Counted from the first letter of the stretch, positions 7,695-17,581 are shown. The stretch is DNA of 64,000 nucleotides from an uncultured Massilia sp. (GCA_963529995.1 CAUSCY010000008.1:26933-90932), one strand, 5' to 3'. Made by a program: numbers and translations. The notes: generated by a model not told the origin, from the sequence alone.

Positions 7695-9274
7695 GCCGCG
7701 CCCACGTAGCCGTTGGCCTGCGCCAGCAGCGCCGGCTCCATGCGCGCCGCGACGCGCTGCAGGTAGCTCGATGCGCCCGCCACGCCGCCCGCGGCGGCGC
7801 GGTGCAGCCAGGCATACGCCTCGACGGGATCGGCCTGCACGCCCTGCCCGGCCGCGTACATCACCCCGAGGTTGAACTGGGCCCGTGCATGGCCCTGGCG
7901 CGCCGCGCACAGGTACCAGAAATGCGCGGCCTCGACATCGTGTTCGGCACCGTTGCCGCTGTCGTGGCGCAGGCCCAGCGCGAACTGGGCCAGCGCATGG
8001 CCCCGGTCGGCCGCCTTGCGGTACCAGCCCGTCGCCTGGCGCGGATCGACGGTGCCGCCGTCGTCGCGGTCCAGCAGCCGGCCCAGCGCGTACTGGGCCG
8101 GCGCGTAGTCCTGCTCGGCCGCCTTGCGGTACCAGTACAGCGCTTCTCCCTCGTCGCGCGCCGTGCCGGCGCTGCCGTGCTCGTAGCGCAGCGCCAGGTC
8201 GAACTGGGCGCGCAGGTGGCCCTGCTCGGCCGCGCGGCGGTACCAGTCCAGCGCCTCGCTTGCTTGATTCTGTGCCCCGTCATGGCCGGCGTCGAGCAAT
8301 TGGGCGAGGTGGTACTGGGCGCCGGCAAAGCCCTGTTCGGCCGCCTGGCGGTACCAGTGCGCGGCTTGCGCGTAGTCCTGGCCGACGCCCTGCCCATGCT
8401 CGTAGGCGAGGCCGAGGTTGTCCTGGGCGCCCGCGTGGCCCTGGGCGGCGGCGCGGCGGTACCATGCCAGCGCCAGCGCCGGATCGCGCACCGTGCCGTG
8501 GCCGCCGTCGTGCACGAGGGCCAGGTTGAACTGCGAACTCGCATGGCCCTGCTCGGCCGCGCGGCCGTACCACAGGATCGCCTTGGCGCTGTCCTGCGGC
8601 AGGTCGAGGCCCTTGTCGTAGCGCAGGCCGAGGTTGAACTGGGCCGGCGCATAGCCCTGCTCCGCCGCCTTGCGCAGCCAGCCGACGGCCTGGGCCGGAT
8701 CGCGCTCCACGCCCTGGCCGCTGTCGTGGCGCAGCGCCAGGTTGAACTGGGCGCGCGCGTAGTTCTGCTCGGCGGCCTTGCGGTACCAGGCCACGGCCTG
8801 CGCCACGTCCTGGGGCACGCCCTTGCCGCCCTCGTACATCATCGCGAGATTGTGCTGGGCGCCCGGGTCGCCCTGTTCGGCGGCGCGGCTGAACCAGTGC
8901 AGCGCCTGGCGCACGTCGGCCTGCACGCCCTGGCCCTTCGCGTAGAGCCACCCCAGGTTGTACTGGGCCTGGGCATAGCCCTGCTCGGCCGCCTGGCGGT
9001 ACCAGTACACGGCCTGGGCCAGGTCCTGCGGCACGCCCTGTCCCTTCTGGTACATCACGCCCAGGTTGTACTGCGCCTGTTCCAGGCCGGCGCTGGCGGC
9101 CATGCGGTACCAGGCCACGGCCAGCTCGTCGCTCTGCGCCACGCCCTGGCCGTGCGCGTACATGAAGCCCAGGCTGTGCTGGGCATGGGCGACGCCGCGC
9201 TCGGCCAGCGCCTTCACGCGCAGGAATTCGGCCGTGTGGCGGCTGTCGGCGGTCGTGGCGGCGGCAACGGACAT
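7691..9274 (-). CDS. Sel1-repeat (TPR-like) protein, about 13 repeats
   Basis: Iterated 36-aa units of the form AxxWYRKAAEQGxAxAQxNLGxxYxxGxGV. No signal peptide seen. Confidence 0.85.
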   Translation of the reverse strand: MSVAAATTADSRHTAEFLRVKALAERGVAHAQHSLGFMYAHGQGVAQSDELAVAWYRMAASAGLEQAQYNLGVMYQKGQGVPQDLAQAVYWYRQAAEQGYAQAQYNLGWLYAKGQGVQADVRQALHWFSRAAEQGDPGAQHNLAMMYEGGKGVPQDVAQAVAWYRKAAEQNYARAQFNLALRHDSGQGVERDPAQAVGWLRKAAEQGYAPAQFNLGLRYDKGLDLPQDSAKAILWYGRAAEQGHASSQFNLALVHDGGHGTVRDPALALAWYRRAAAQGHAGAQDNLGLAYEHGQGVGQDYAQAAHWYRQAAEQGFAGAQYHLAQLLDAGHDGAQNQASEALDWYRRAAEQGHLRAQFDLALRYEHGSAGTARDEGEALYWYRKAAEQDYAPAQYALGRLLDRDDGGTVDPRQATGWYRKAADRGHALAQFALGLRHDSGNGAEHDVEAAHFWYLCAARQGHARAQFNLGVMYAAGQGVQADPVEAYAWLHRAAAGGVAGASSYLQRVAARMEPALLAQANGYVGAA

Positions 9275-9290
9275 GGCGCGCGGGACGATC

Positions 9291-11519
9291 TCAGGCGTGG
9301 TAAGCCAGCGCGGCGCTCTGCGCGCGCAGCACGTCGACGAAGCGGCCGAGCGGCATCGGGCGGTGGTACAGGTAGCCCTGCATCGTCAGGCAGCCGTTGG
9401 CGCGCAGGTAGCGCGCCTGCGCCTCGGTCTCCACGCCCTCGGCGATCAGGCCCAGGCCCAGGCCGCGCGCGATCGAGATGATCGCCAGGATCACCGGATA
9501 GTGCCCGTGCTCGTCGTGGATCTCCTTGACGAAGGACTGGTCGATCTTGACGGTATGGACCGGGAAGCGGTGCAGGTAGGCCAGCGACGAGTAGCCGGTG
9601 CCGAAGTCGTCGATCGCCACCGACACGCCCAGCTGCCCCAGCTTGTTGAGCTGCTCGATCGCGTGCTGCGGGTTGCGGATGCAGATGTTCTCGGTGATCT
9701 CGACCTCGATCTGGCTCGGCGCGATCCCGTGGCGCACGAGCGCGCCGCGCATCTTCTCGAAGAAGTCGCCGCGGTCCAGGTATTGCGGCGACAGGTTCAG
9801 CGACAGCCGCACATTGCCCTCGCCGATGCCCTGCCATTGCAGCATGTCGCGGCACAGTGCGCCGATCATCCAGTCCGAGATGGGGATCATCAGGCCGTTC
9901 TCTTCCGCGAACGGCAGGAATTCGCCGGGCGAGACGACGCCGCGGGTCGGGTGGTTCCAGCGCATCAGCGCCTCGGCGCCGACGATGCGCCCGCCGATCG
10001 CGTCGATCTGCGGCTGGTAGTACATCTCCAGTTCGCCGTTCTCGAGCGCGCGGCGCAGGCTCTGCTCGAGCGCGATCTTCTGGTGCGACACTTCCTGCAT
10101 CGACGGGTCGTAGAACGCATGGCCGTTCTTGCCCTGCCCCTTGACCTGGTACATGGCGATGTCGGCATGGCGCAGCAGCTCGTCGATCGACTCGCCGTGG
10201 CTCGGGTAGATGGCGATGCCGATCGAGGCCGAGATGTGGACTTCGTGGCCGTCCAGGTCGAACGGCAGGTGCAGGCATTCGAGGAACTTGTCCGCCACGG
10301 CGCGGGCGTCGTCGCGGTCGTGCAGCTCGGGCAGCACGATGGTGAATTCGTCGCCGCCCTGGCGCGCCAGCGTGTCGCCCTTGCGCAGGCACTCCTTCAG
10401 GCGCGCCGCCACCTGCTGCAGCAGCTCGTCGCCCTTGACGTGGCCGAGCGTGTCGTTGACCAGCTTGAAGCGGTCCAGGTCGATGAACATCACGGCGAGC
10501 TCGGTCTGCTTGCGCTTGGCCTGGATGACGGCCAGGCCCAGGCGATCCTTGAACAGGATGCGGTTCGGCAGGTCGGTCAGGATGTCGTGGTAGGCCTGGT
10601 AGGAGATGACTTCCTCGGCGCGCTTCCTGTCGGTGATGTCGCGCGCCACGCCGTAGGTGCCAAAGAATTCCAGCTTCTTGACCTCCTGGTCGGGCACGTG
10701 CATGCCGATCGCGTTCAGCGAGATCGTCATCAGGGTGTTGTTGAAGGTGCGCTCCTGGTTGCTGCCGCTGCCTCCCATGCTGCACTTCAGGCGCAGCTCG
10801 ACGTTGCGCGAGGCGCGCTCGTCGACGCGGCGCTCGTTGAACACGTAGCGTGCGCGCTCCAGGTCCTCGTCGTGCACGAGGATCGAGTAGTGCTGGCCGA
10901 TCAGTTCGTCGCGCTTGTAGCCGAGCAGCTGGTAGGCGCGGTCGTTGATGAAGGTGAACTTGCCTTCGTGGTTCAGCGTATAGATGATGTCCGGCGACGA
11001 GTCCACCAGGTAGCGGTACATCTTCTCCGAGTTCTCGAGCTGGTTGGCGATGCGCGTGTTCGCTTCCTGCAGGCGCCGCTGCTTGAGCGCGTTGGCCACG
11101 GTCTTGAGCAGCTCTTCGCGGCTGTAGGGCTTGCGCAGGTAGTCGTAGGCGCCGCGCTTCAGGGCCCCGATCGCGGCGTCGATGCCGACTTCGCCGCTCA
11201 TCACGATGACGTCGGCGCCGACGCCGCGATCGTTGATGAAGTCCATGATCTCGTGGCCGCCGATGTCCGGCAGGCGCAGGTCGAGCAGGACCAGGTCGAA
11301 CTGCAGCCGGGACAGGTGGGCGATGGCTTCGCTGCCCGTCGATGCGGTGGTCAGCTGGAAGCCGCGTCCCTGCAGCAGTTCGTACAGCGAGGACAGCAGG
11401 CGCGGCTCGTCGTCGACCAGCAGGAGTCTGGGCTGGTACTCGGTGCCGGCGTCAGCGAGGGCCGGTGTATTCGCGTCGCGCGGGGGGTTGGGCGGGACGC
11501 TGGTGGAGAACGGGTTCAT
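9291..11519 (-). CDS. response regulator receiver-PAS-GGDEF-EAL protein
   Basis: Start at ATG 11519 (MNPFS). REC domain LLLVDDEP...DLVLLDLRLPD. Intact GGDEF (RQGGDEFTIV) and EAL (GAEALMRW). Confidence 0.9.
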   Translation of the reverse strand: MNPFSTSVPPNPPRDANTPALADAGTEYQPRLLLVDDEPRLLSSLYELLQGRGFQLTTASTGSEAIAHLSRLQFDLVLLDLRLPDIGGHEIMDFINDRGVGADVIVMSGEVGIDAAIGALKRGAYDYLRKPYSREELLKTVANALKQRRLQEANTRIANQLENSEKMYRYLVDSSPDIIYTLNHEGKFTFINDRAYQLLGYKRDELIGQHYSILVHDEDLERARYVFNERRVDERASRNVELRLKCSMGGSGSNQERTFNNTLMTISLNAIGMHVPDQEVKKLEFFGTYGVARDITDRKRAEEVISYQAYHDILTDLPNRILFKDRLGLAVIQAKRKQTELAVMFIDLDRFKLVNDTLGHVKGDELLQQVAARLKECLRKGDTLARQGGDEFTIVLPELHDRDDARAVADKFLECLHLPFDLDGHEVHISASIGIAIYPSHGESIDELLRHADIAMYQVKGQGKNGHAFYDPSMQEVSHQKIALEQSLRRALENGELEMYYQPQIDAIGGRIVGAEALMRWNHPTRGVVSPGEFLPFAEENGLMIPISDWMIGALCRDMLQWQGIGEGNVRLSLNLSPQYLDRGDFFEKMRGALVRHGIAPSQIEVEITENICIRNPQHAIEQLNKLGQLGVSVAIDDFGTGYSSLAYLHRFPVHTVKIDQSFVKEIHDEHGHYPVILAIISIARGLGLGLIAEGVETEAQARYLRANGCLTMQGYLYHRPMPLGRFVDVLRAQSAALAYHA

Positions 11520-11526
11520 TGTTACC

Positions 11527-13764
11527 TTATACGGATCCGAGCGCGCGCACCGGCAATGGGGCCGGCACGCCCGCGCCGGCATGCGCCGGCAGCAAGATTT
11601 CAAAACTGGTTCCGGTGGAACCGCTGCGACAATCGATATGGCCGTCCAGCTTCTTGACCAGGCCATGCACGATCGACAGGCCGAGGCCATGGTGCGGGCC
11701 TTCCTTGGCGCTCTTCACTGCCGAGAACAGATTGGCCAGCACCTCGCGCGACAGGCCCGGGCCGGTGTCGGACACCACCAGTCCCAGGTACAGCCGGCGC
11801 TCGCGCGCGACGTGGCCGCGGCTGGCGATGCCGATGCGCCCGCCGCGGGCGGCCAGCGCCTCGATCGCGTTCTTGACCAGGTTGACCAGGATCTGCTTGA
11901 GGATGTCCGGGTCGCCCTCGATGCGTCCGCCCTCTTCCAGGTCGACCGCGATCTCGACGTTGGCCGGGATGAAGTTCGTCGTGCGGAACAGGCGCAGCAC
12001 GTCGTCGACCACGCGGGCCACGTCCGCCGTCAGTACAGCGCCGCGGCCCTCGTACGCGGCGTTCGCGTCCGGCTGGATCTCGGCCAGGCTGCCGACCAGC
12101 TGGCTGACGCGGTCGATCTCCTCGTTCAGGATCGACAGCTCGCCGCCCACCGGTTCCTGGCGTTCCAGCTTGCCGTCCAGGACCGACAGGTAGTTCTTGA
12201 TGATCGACAGCGGATTGTTCACCTCGTGCACGACGCGGCGCGACGCCTCGCGGTATTCCTCGGCCATGCTGTCGAGCTGGCGGCGCGCGCGGCTGCGCTC
12301 GGACAGCGCCGTCTCCAGCGCCGTCGCGGCCTGGGTCGCGAACGACTGCAGGAAGCGTTCGCGCTTCCTGCAGGCCGGAAGCTGCCAATCCTTGACGCCG
12401 CCCACCAGCACGCCCAGGCAGCGGGCGCCGGCGAGCAGCGGCACGCACACCAGCGCCTCGGAACCGAGCAAACGCAGCAACTGCTCTTCCGGCAGGGCGA
12501 GCGGACGGCCGCCGGCGCCCTCGCGGCGCACGAAGCCCAGGCGCCGCTCCAGCGCCGCCTGGGCCACCGCGCCGCCGCGCGCGAGCGGGATCGCGAATTC
12601 GGCGATGCGCTGCGGGACGGCGCCGGGCGTGCCGACCAGCGCCTGGCCGGCCGGGTTTTCCAGCAGCACGACGGCGCTCTCGAAGTCGAACAGGATGCGC
12701 GCGGAACGCGTCATCGATTCCAGCAGGCCGTGTTCGCCGCCGCTGCCCTGCTGGCGCGCGAACACCTGGCCGACCTCCGACACCAGCACCAGGTTGCGCA
12801 TCTCCTCGGACAGGCGCTGCTGCACCAGGTCGACGGGCGGCAGCGGCGCATGGGGCGCCGGCACGGGAATCTCGCCGGCGCCGGCCAGGTCGATGCCCAG
12901 CTGGATCGCGGTCCGCTCGACCTGGCGCGCGGCCTGCTGCTGCAGTTCGCGCGGCTCGTCCGGCCCCAGGCCGCACAGCATGCGCGTGTCCTCGACCAGG
13001 GCCGCGTCGTCGCCGTGGATGGCCAGCACGTGGGCCACGCGCACGATGCGGATCAAGGGGTGGGCCGCTTCCAGGCGCGTGCTGGGCTCGTGGTGGTACA
13101 GCACGGAATCGGCCAGGAAGGAGTCGAGCTGCCAGCGCTCGACCAGCCAGGCGCCCGCTTCGGTATGGGTGATCTGCAGGGTGCGCTGCTCGACGGCGCA
13201 CAGGTCCTCGTCGTCGCGCGCGCCGAAGTTGAAGGCGTATTCCCTGGGCGCCGCCGCCAGCAGGGCCAGGCGTCCGACATTGTGCAGCAGGCCGGCCAGG
13301 TAGGCTTCCTCGGGCTGGGCGTAGTCGAGGCGGCGCGCCAGTTCGCGCGCGAGCACGGCGGCCGTCAGCGAATGCTTCCAGAACAGGCGCAGGTCGGTGG
13401 CGCCGGAATTCGGGAAACTGTTAAAGGTCTGGAACACGGAATCGCTGATGACCAGCGTCTTGATCATGTCCGTGCCCAGCGCCACCATCGATTGCTCGAG
13501 GCTGACCTGGCGCGCGTTGCGGTGGTAGGCCGAGCTGTTGGCGACCGTGAGGATCTTGCCGGTCATGCCGGCATCCTGGGCGACCAGCGCGGCCAGTTCC
13601 GGCATCCCGAGGTCGTCCGCCTGCAGGTGGGCGAGCAGCTTGATGAGGATCTGCGGCATCGCCGGCAAGCGGGCGATCAGCAGGCGATGTCGGATGTCCG
13701 GGTCAGGTTGATGGTGAGTTTCAAGCACGGCCGCCACTAGTCTTCTTGGTTGGGTGGCGGCCAT
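11527..13764 (-). CDS. HDOD-GAF sensor histidine kinase
   Basis: HDOD N-terminus (MPQILIKLLAHLQ...TVANSSAYH), H-box VHEVNNPLSII, ATPase motifs NLVKNAIEA and GLGLSIVHGLV. Start uncertain (ATG 13764 or GTG 13770). Confidence 0.85.
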   Translation of the reverse strand: MAATQPRRLVAAVLETHHQPDPDIRHRLLIARLPAMPQILIKLLAHLQADDLGMPELAALVAQDAGMTGKILTVANSSAYHRNARQVSLEQSMVALGTDMIKTLVISDSVFQTFNSFPNSGATDLRLFWKHSLTAAVLARELARRLDYAQPEEAYLAGLLHNVGRLALLAAAPREYAFNFGARDDEDLCAVEQRTLQITHTEAGAWLVERWQLDSFLADSVLYHHEPSTRLEAAHPLIRIVRVAHVLAIHGDDAALVEDTRMLCGLGPDEPRELQQQAARQVERTAIQLGIDLAGAGEIPVPAPHAPLPPVDLVQQRLSEEMRNLVLVSEVGQVFARQQGSGGEHGLLESMTRSARILFDFESAVVLLENPAGQALVGTPGAVPQRIAEFAIPLARGGAVAQAALERRLGFVRREGAGGRPLALPEEQLLRLLGSEALVCVPLLAGARCLGVLVGGVKDWQLPACRKRERFLQSFATQAATALETALSERSRARRQLDSMAEEYREASRRVVHEVNNPLSIIKNYLSVLDGKLERQEPVGGELSILNEEIDRVSQLVGSLAEIQPDANAAYEGRGAVLTADVARVVDDVLRLFRTTNFIPANVEIAVDLEEGGRIEGDPDILKQILVNLVKNAIEALAARGGRIGIASRGHVARERRLYLGLVVSDTGPGLSREVLANLFSAVKSAKEGPHHGLGLSIVHGLVKKLDGHIDCRSGSTGTSFEILLPAHAGAGVPAPLPVRALGSV

Positions 13765-13928
13765 CCCCACCGGGCGCTGCCATGATGCGTCTTCTTGTGC
13801 TCGCCGAAACAGAGCGGTGTTTCAGGCACTATTCCAAGCGTAAAAAACTTATCTTAGCATATATACATTTCTGATCGGGAACAATACTTTCCCCACAAAT
13901 TGCTGTTTTTTAGAGCAAATTGTCGACC

Positions 13929-13980
13929 AGGATTTGTTGAAATCACACAAAAATGCTTTTGAGCAATATCAACAAATCCT
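13929..13980. terminator. 12-bp perfect inverted repeat directly after the MFS gene stop
   Basis: AGGATTTGTTGA-N28-TCAACAAATCCT. No clear U-tract, so it may be a terminator, a processing site or an operator. Confidence 0.35.
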
Positions 13981-15252
13981 TCAAGGCAAGGCCTTCAGCC
14001 GCGTGTAACGACGCGACATGCCCCACAAGGCCAGCGACGCGAGCGCGAACCCCGCCTGGCCGAGCGCCATCGCCAGCACCGAATGGTCCAGTGCCGGCAC
14101 CACCAGGCCCGCCACGATCGCGCCCATCAGCGTGGTCATGAAGGATTGGCAGGACGCGACGGTGCCGCGGATATGCGGGAACAGGTCGAGCGCCAGCAGC
14201 GTCGCGCTGGGGTTGATGACGGAGCTGCCGAAGTTATAGAAGAACATCGGCAGCACGGTCCACGGCAAGGCCGGCGGCAGGAACGCGTGGTACGTCACGC
14301 TGAACGTGACGGCGCCCAGCATGAAGGCGTAGCCCATGCCGATCTGGCGCGCGTAATGCATCTTGCCGGCCAGGCGGTTCGCGGCCAGCGCGCCCAGGAA
14401 GATGCCGGCCACGGCCGGGATGAACAGCCAGGCGAATTCCGACGGCCCGAGGTGCAGGTGCACGGGCAGCAGCACGGGCGACGCGGCGATGAACAGGAAC
14501 ATGCCGCCGAAGTTCAGGGCGACGATGCCCGACTTCATCTGGAACATGAAGGAGCTGAAGATCGTCCAGTAGCTCTCGGCCAGGAAGCGCGGGTTGAACG
14601 GCTGGCGTTTTTCGCGCGGCATGGTCTCGGGCAGGTGCTGCCAGCAGATCCACCACAGCACGACGCTGAACAGCATCAGCGCCAGGAAGATCGCGCGCCA
14701 GTCGAGCAGCGTGACGATCCAGCCGCCCAGCACCGGCGCCACGGCCGGGGCGATCGAGAAGATCATCGTCACCATCGACAGCAGGCGCGCGGCCGGCGCA
14801 TCCGAATACAGGTCGCGGATGATCGCCCGCCCCACCACCACGCCGGCCCCGGCCGAGACGCCCTGCAGGATGCGGAAGATCCACAGGTAATGCACCGAGT
14901 GCGAGGCGGCGCAGCCGAGCGTGCCGACGGCGAACACGATCAGGCCGACCAGCACCACGTTGCGGCGGCCGAAGGCATCGGCCAGCGCGCCGTGCCACAG
15001 CGACATGATGGCGAAGGCCAGCATGTAGGCGGTGAGGGTCTGCTGCACTTCGACCGGGGTCGCGTGCAGCGTTTCCTGGATGCGCGGGAAGGCCGGCAGG
15101 TAGGCGTCGACGGAGAACGGTCCCAGCATCGACAGCGCGGCCAGCAGCGAGGCCAGGCCGCCGGCCGACAGCATCGTGACCTTGTGCGGGGTCGGCAGCG
15201 GAACCGGGGTGACGGGGTCTTTCGGCAGGTTCGAGGGTTCGGGGGGCAGCAT
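13981..15252 (-). CDS. MFS multidrug efflux transporter (Bcr/CflA-like)
   Basis: About 12 TM segments. MFS motif A-like LADAFGRRNVVLVG. Confidence 0.85.
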   Translation of the reverse strand: MLPPEPSNLPKDPVTPVPLPTPHKVTMLSAGGLASLLAALSMLGPFSVDAYLPAFPRIQETLHATPVEVQQTLTAYMLAFAIMSLWHGALADAFGRRNVVLVGLIVFAVGTLGCAASHSVHYLWIFRILQGVSAGAGVVVGRAIIRDLYSDAPAARLLSMVTMIFSIAPAVAPVLGGWIVTLLDWRAIFLALMLFSVVLWWICWQHLPETMPREKRQPFNPRFLAESYWTIFSSFMFQMKSGIVALNFGGMFLFIAASPVLLPVHLHLGPSEFAWLFIPAVAGIFLGALAANRLAGKMHYARQIGMGYAFMLGAVTFSVTYHAFLPPALPWTVLPMFFYNFGSSVINPSATLLALDLFPHIRGTVASCQSFMTTLMGAIVAGLVVPALDHSVLAMALGQAGFALASLALWGMSRRYTRLKALP

Positions 15253-15256
15253 GTTC

Positions 15257-16474
15257 TTATTCGGGCTTGGCTTGATCGGGTTTAGCGGCGTCGCGGCGGT
15301 TGAAGCCGGCCACCATGTCGAAGCGGAACAGGCGGCATTCGAGGGCGCCGTTGAAGAACGGGGTCTTGCGCGATTCCTTCAGGCGCAGCATCTTGGGCAC
15401 GCCCAGGTCGGCCGTGAACAGGTACACGGTCCAGCCGGCGAAGCGCTGCTTGAGCGTGCTGCTGAGCTGCTGGTAGAAGCCCACGGCCATCTCGTCCTGC
15501 GGAATGGTCGAGTCGCCGCGCACGCCGATGCGTTCGCCGTACGGCGGATTCGTCACCAGCATGCCCGGCGTGCTCGTGGGCGCCTGCACCTGCTGGGCCT
15601 CGATCTGCTTCAGGGGCACGTCGAACAGGATGCCGGCCGCGCGCAGGTTATGGCGCGTCATGGCGACCATGTCGCCGGAGATGTCGGAACCGAAGATCGT
15701 CGGCTCCGCCGGCAGCGGGTTCGGCTTGACGGCCGACTTGATCTCCTGCCAGGCCTTGGCGTCGAAGTTGCGGAACTTCTCGAAGCCGAAACGGCGGCGC
15801 GCGCCCGGCGGAATGCCCTGCACCATCTGGGCCGCCTCGATCAGGATCGTGCCGGAACCGCACATCGGGTCGAACAGGGGCACGCCCGGCTTCCAGCCGG
15901 CCACGCGCAGGATGCCGGCCGCCAGGTTCTCGCGCAGCGGCGCGTCGCCCGTCTCTTCGCGCCAGCCGCGCTTGAACAGCGCCTCGCCGGACGTGTCGAG
16001 GTAGATCGTGAAGTTGCGCTGGTCGAGGAAGCCGAAGATGCGCATGTCCGGCTCGCGCGTATCGACCGAGGGACGCTTGCCGAACTTGTCGCGGAAGCGG
16101 TCGCAGACGGCGTCCTTGATCTTGAGCGTCGTGAATTCCAGGCTCGTGAGCGGCGACTTGATCGCCGTGATGTCGACGCGGATCGTCTCGTCCAGCGTGA
16201 ACCAGTTTTCCCAGGGCTGCTCGAGCACCAGGTCGTAGATGTCGTTCTCGTTGGCGTAGGTGCGGTTGGCGATGCGCATCAGCACGCGCGAAGCGATGCG
16301 CGAATGCAGGTTGATGCGATAGGCGTCGAGCATCGCACCCGAGCAGTGCACGCCGCCCGGCACCTGGTTGTGCACCTTCAGCGTGGTGCTGCCGGTGGTG
16401 TGGGCGATCTCGGCCAGCTCGTCGGCCAGCGCTTGTTCCATGCCGCGCGGGCAGGGGCAGAAGTAGGAAGTCAT
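15257..16474 (-). CDS. THUMP-domain class I SAM-dependent RNA methyltransferase
   Basis: DPMCGSGTILIEA SAM-binding motif and LVTNPPYGERIG catalytic motif. THUMP-like N-terminus. Confidence 0.85.
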   Translation of the reverse strand: MTSYFCPCPRGMEQALADELAEIAHTTGSTTLKVHNQVPGGVHCSGAMLDAYRINLHSRIASRVLMRIANRTYANENDIYDLVLEQPWENWFTLDETIRVDITAIKSPLTSLEFTTLKIKDAVCDRFRDKFGKRPSVDTREPDMRIFGFLDQRNFTIYLDTSGEALFKRGWREETGDAPLRENLAAGILRVAGWKPGVPLFDPMCGSGTILIEAAQMVQGIPPGARRRFGFEKFRNFDAKAWQEIKSAVKPNPLPAEPTIFGSDISGDMVAMTRHNLRAAGILFDVPLKQIEAQQVQAPTSTPGMLVTNPPYGERIGVRGDSTIPQDEMAVGFYQQLSSTLKQRFAGWTVYLFTADLGVPKMLRLKESRKTPFFNGALECRLFRFDMVAGFNRRDAAKPDQAKPE

Positions 16475-16498
16475 CGGGGGTACCTTTTATCCGTAGGT

Positions 16499-16531
16499 CA
16501 AAACAAAACGGCCGGGCCCCATGCCCGGCCG
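16499..16531 (-). terminator. rho-independent terminator
   Basis: On the minus strand, GGCCGGGC-ATGGG-GCCCGGCC is followed by GTTTTGTTTTG. It lies downstream of the isomerase gene. Confidence 0.6.
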
Positions 16532-16550
16532 CGAATCATGCGGGAAACCG

Positions 16551-17153
16551 TCAAGTTTGAAGCAAACGTTCCACAAAGTCGAGGCGATCCTGGCCCCAGA
16601 AGCCCTGTCCGTCCACGATATACCACGGCGAACCGAAGATGCCGGCATCGATGGCCTCCTGGTTGAAGCCATCGTATTGACGCCGCGTCTCGACGGTGCG
16701 CGACGCCTCCAGCAGCGCCGCGCCGTCCAGGCCGCAATCGTCCGCCAGCGCCTGCAGCGTGGCCGCGTCGGCGATGTCGCGCTGTTCGGCCCACACGGCG
16801 CGCAGCAGCGCGCCGGCCAGTTCCAGCGCCTGGTCCGCGCCGTTTTGCGCGCGCGCCGCCACCAGCAGCAGCGAGGCCGCGGTCTGGTCGACGGGGAAGA
16901 ACGTCGGGTGCAGGTTCAGGGGCAGGCCCAGGAAATCCGCCCAGCGTTCCAGCTCGACGAGGCGGTAGGCCTGGCGCTGCGGCGCGCGCTTGGCGATGGG
17001 CTGGCCGCCCGATTCGCTGAAGATGGCCGCCAGGTCGAACGGTTTCGGTTCCACTATCGCGCCGTACTGCGCCGCGAGCTTCAGCAGGCGCGCATGTCCG
17101 AAGTAGGCATACGGCGACTGCGGCGCGAAATAATAGTGGATGACCTTGCTCAT
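16551..17153 (-). CDS. 2-hydroxychromene-2-carboxylate isomerase / DsbA-like family protein
   Basis: Start ATG 17153 (MSKVIHYYFAPQSPYAYFG) overlaps the hemJ stop as ATGA. DsbA-like fold family recognised by its N-terminal pattern. Confidence 0.75.
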   Translation of the reverse strand: MSKVIHYYFAPQSPYAYFGHARLLKLAAQYGAIVEPKPFDLAAIFSESGGQPIAKRAPQRQAYRLVELERWADFLGLPLNLHPTFFPVDQTAASLLLVAARAQNGADQALELAGALLRAVWAEQRDIADAATLQALADDCGLDGAALLEASRTVETRRQYDGFNQEAIDAGIFGSPWYIVDGQGFWGQDRLDFVERLLQT

Positions 17154-17563
17154 CAGAAGGGTTTGACCGTCACGAGAATCACGATGGCGACCAGCAGCAA
17201 TACCGGCACCTCGTTGAACACGCGGAACCACTTCGAGCTGCGCGTGTTCGCGCCGCGTTCGAATTTCTTCAGCAGCGAGCCGCAGGCGTGATGGTAGCCG
17301 ATCACCAGCACCACCAGCGCCAGCTTGGCGTGCAGCCAGCCGCCCTTCATGCCCAGCATCATCAGCCACAGGCCCAGCAGCAGCGCGGGCACGGCCAGCA
17401 TCGTCGTGAAGCGGAACAGGCGCCGCGCCATGCCCAGCAGGCGCTCGGTGGCGGCCGGGTTGCTTTCCTCGGCCAGGTTCACGAAGATGCGCGGCAGGTA
17501 GAACAGGCCGGCGAACCAGGAGGCGATGAAGACGATGTGGAAGGCTTTGATCCAGAGGTACAT
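17153..17563 (-). CDS. hemJ: protoporphyrinogen oxidase HemJ (UPF0093 membrane protein)
   Basis: MYLWIKAFHIVFIASWFAGLFYLPRIFV hallmark N-terminus. Four TM segments. Confidence 0.85.
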   Translation of the reverse strand: MYLWIKAFHIVFIASWFAGLFYLPRIFVNLAEESNPAATERLLGMARRLFRFTTMLAVPALLLGLWLMMLGMKGGWLHAKLALVVLVIGYHHACGSLLKKFERGANTRSSKWFRVFNEVPVLLLVAIVILVTVKPF

Positions 17564-17581
17564 TGAAAGTCCTAGGTTAAG

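Noticed and set aside
7695-7910. N-terminal extension of the 231-aa ORF (7215..7910)
   Set aside because: The extension overlaps the 3' end of the Sel1 gene in another frame and is Arg/Gly-rich. A GTG start at 7694, overlapping the Sel1 stop as GTGA, gives a sensible membrane protein.
7691-9274. Strongly periodic DNA (roughly 108-nt period) that could be mistaken for a repeat array or CRISPR
   Set aside because: The periodicity is the coding repeat of Sel1 units in one long ORF with good codon bias. There are no spacer-like unique segments and no cas genes.
9066-13740. Plus-strand ORFs of 863 aa (9066..11657) and 852 aa (11182..13740)
   Set aside because: Both are antisense to the REC-PAS-GGDEF-EAL and HDOD-GAF-kinase genes, which show full sets of domain motifs. 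The plus-strand translations show none.
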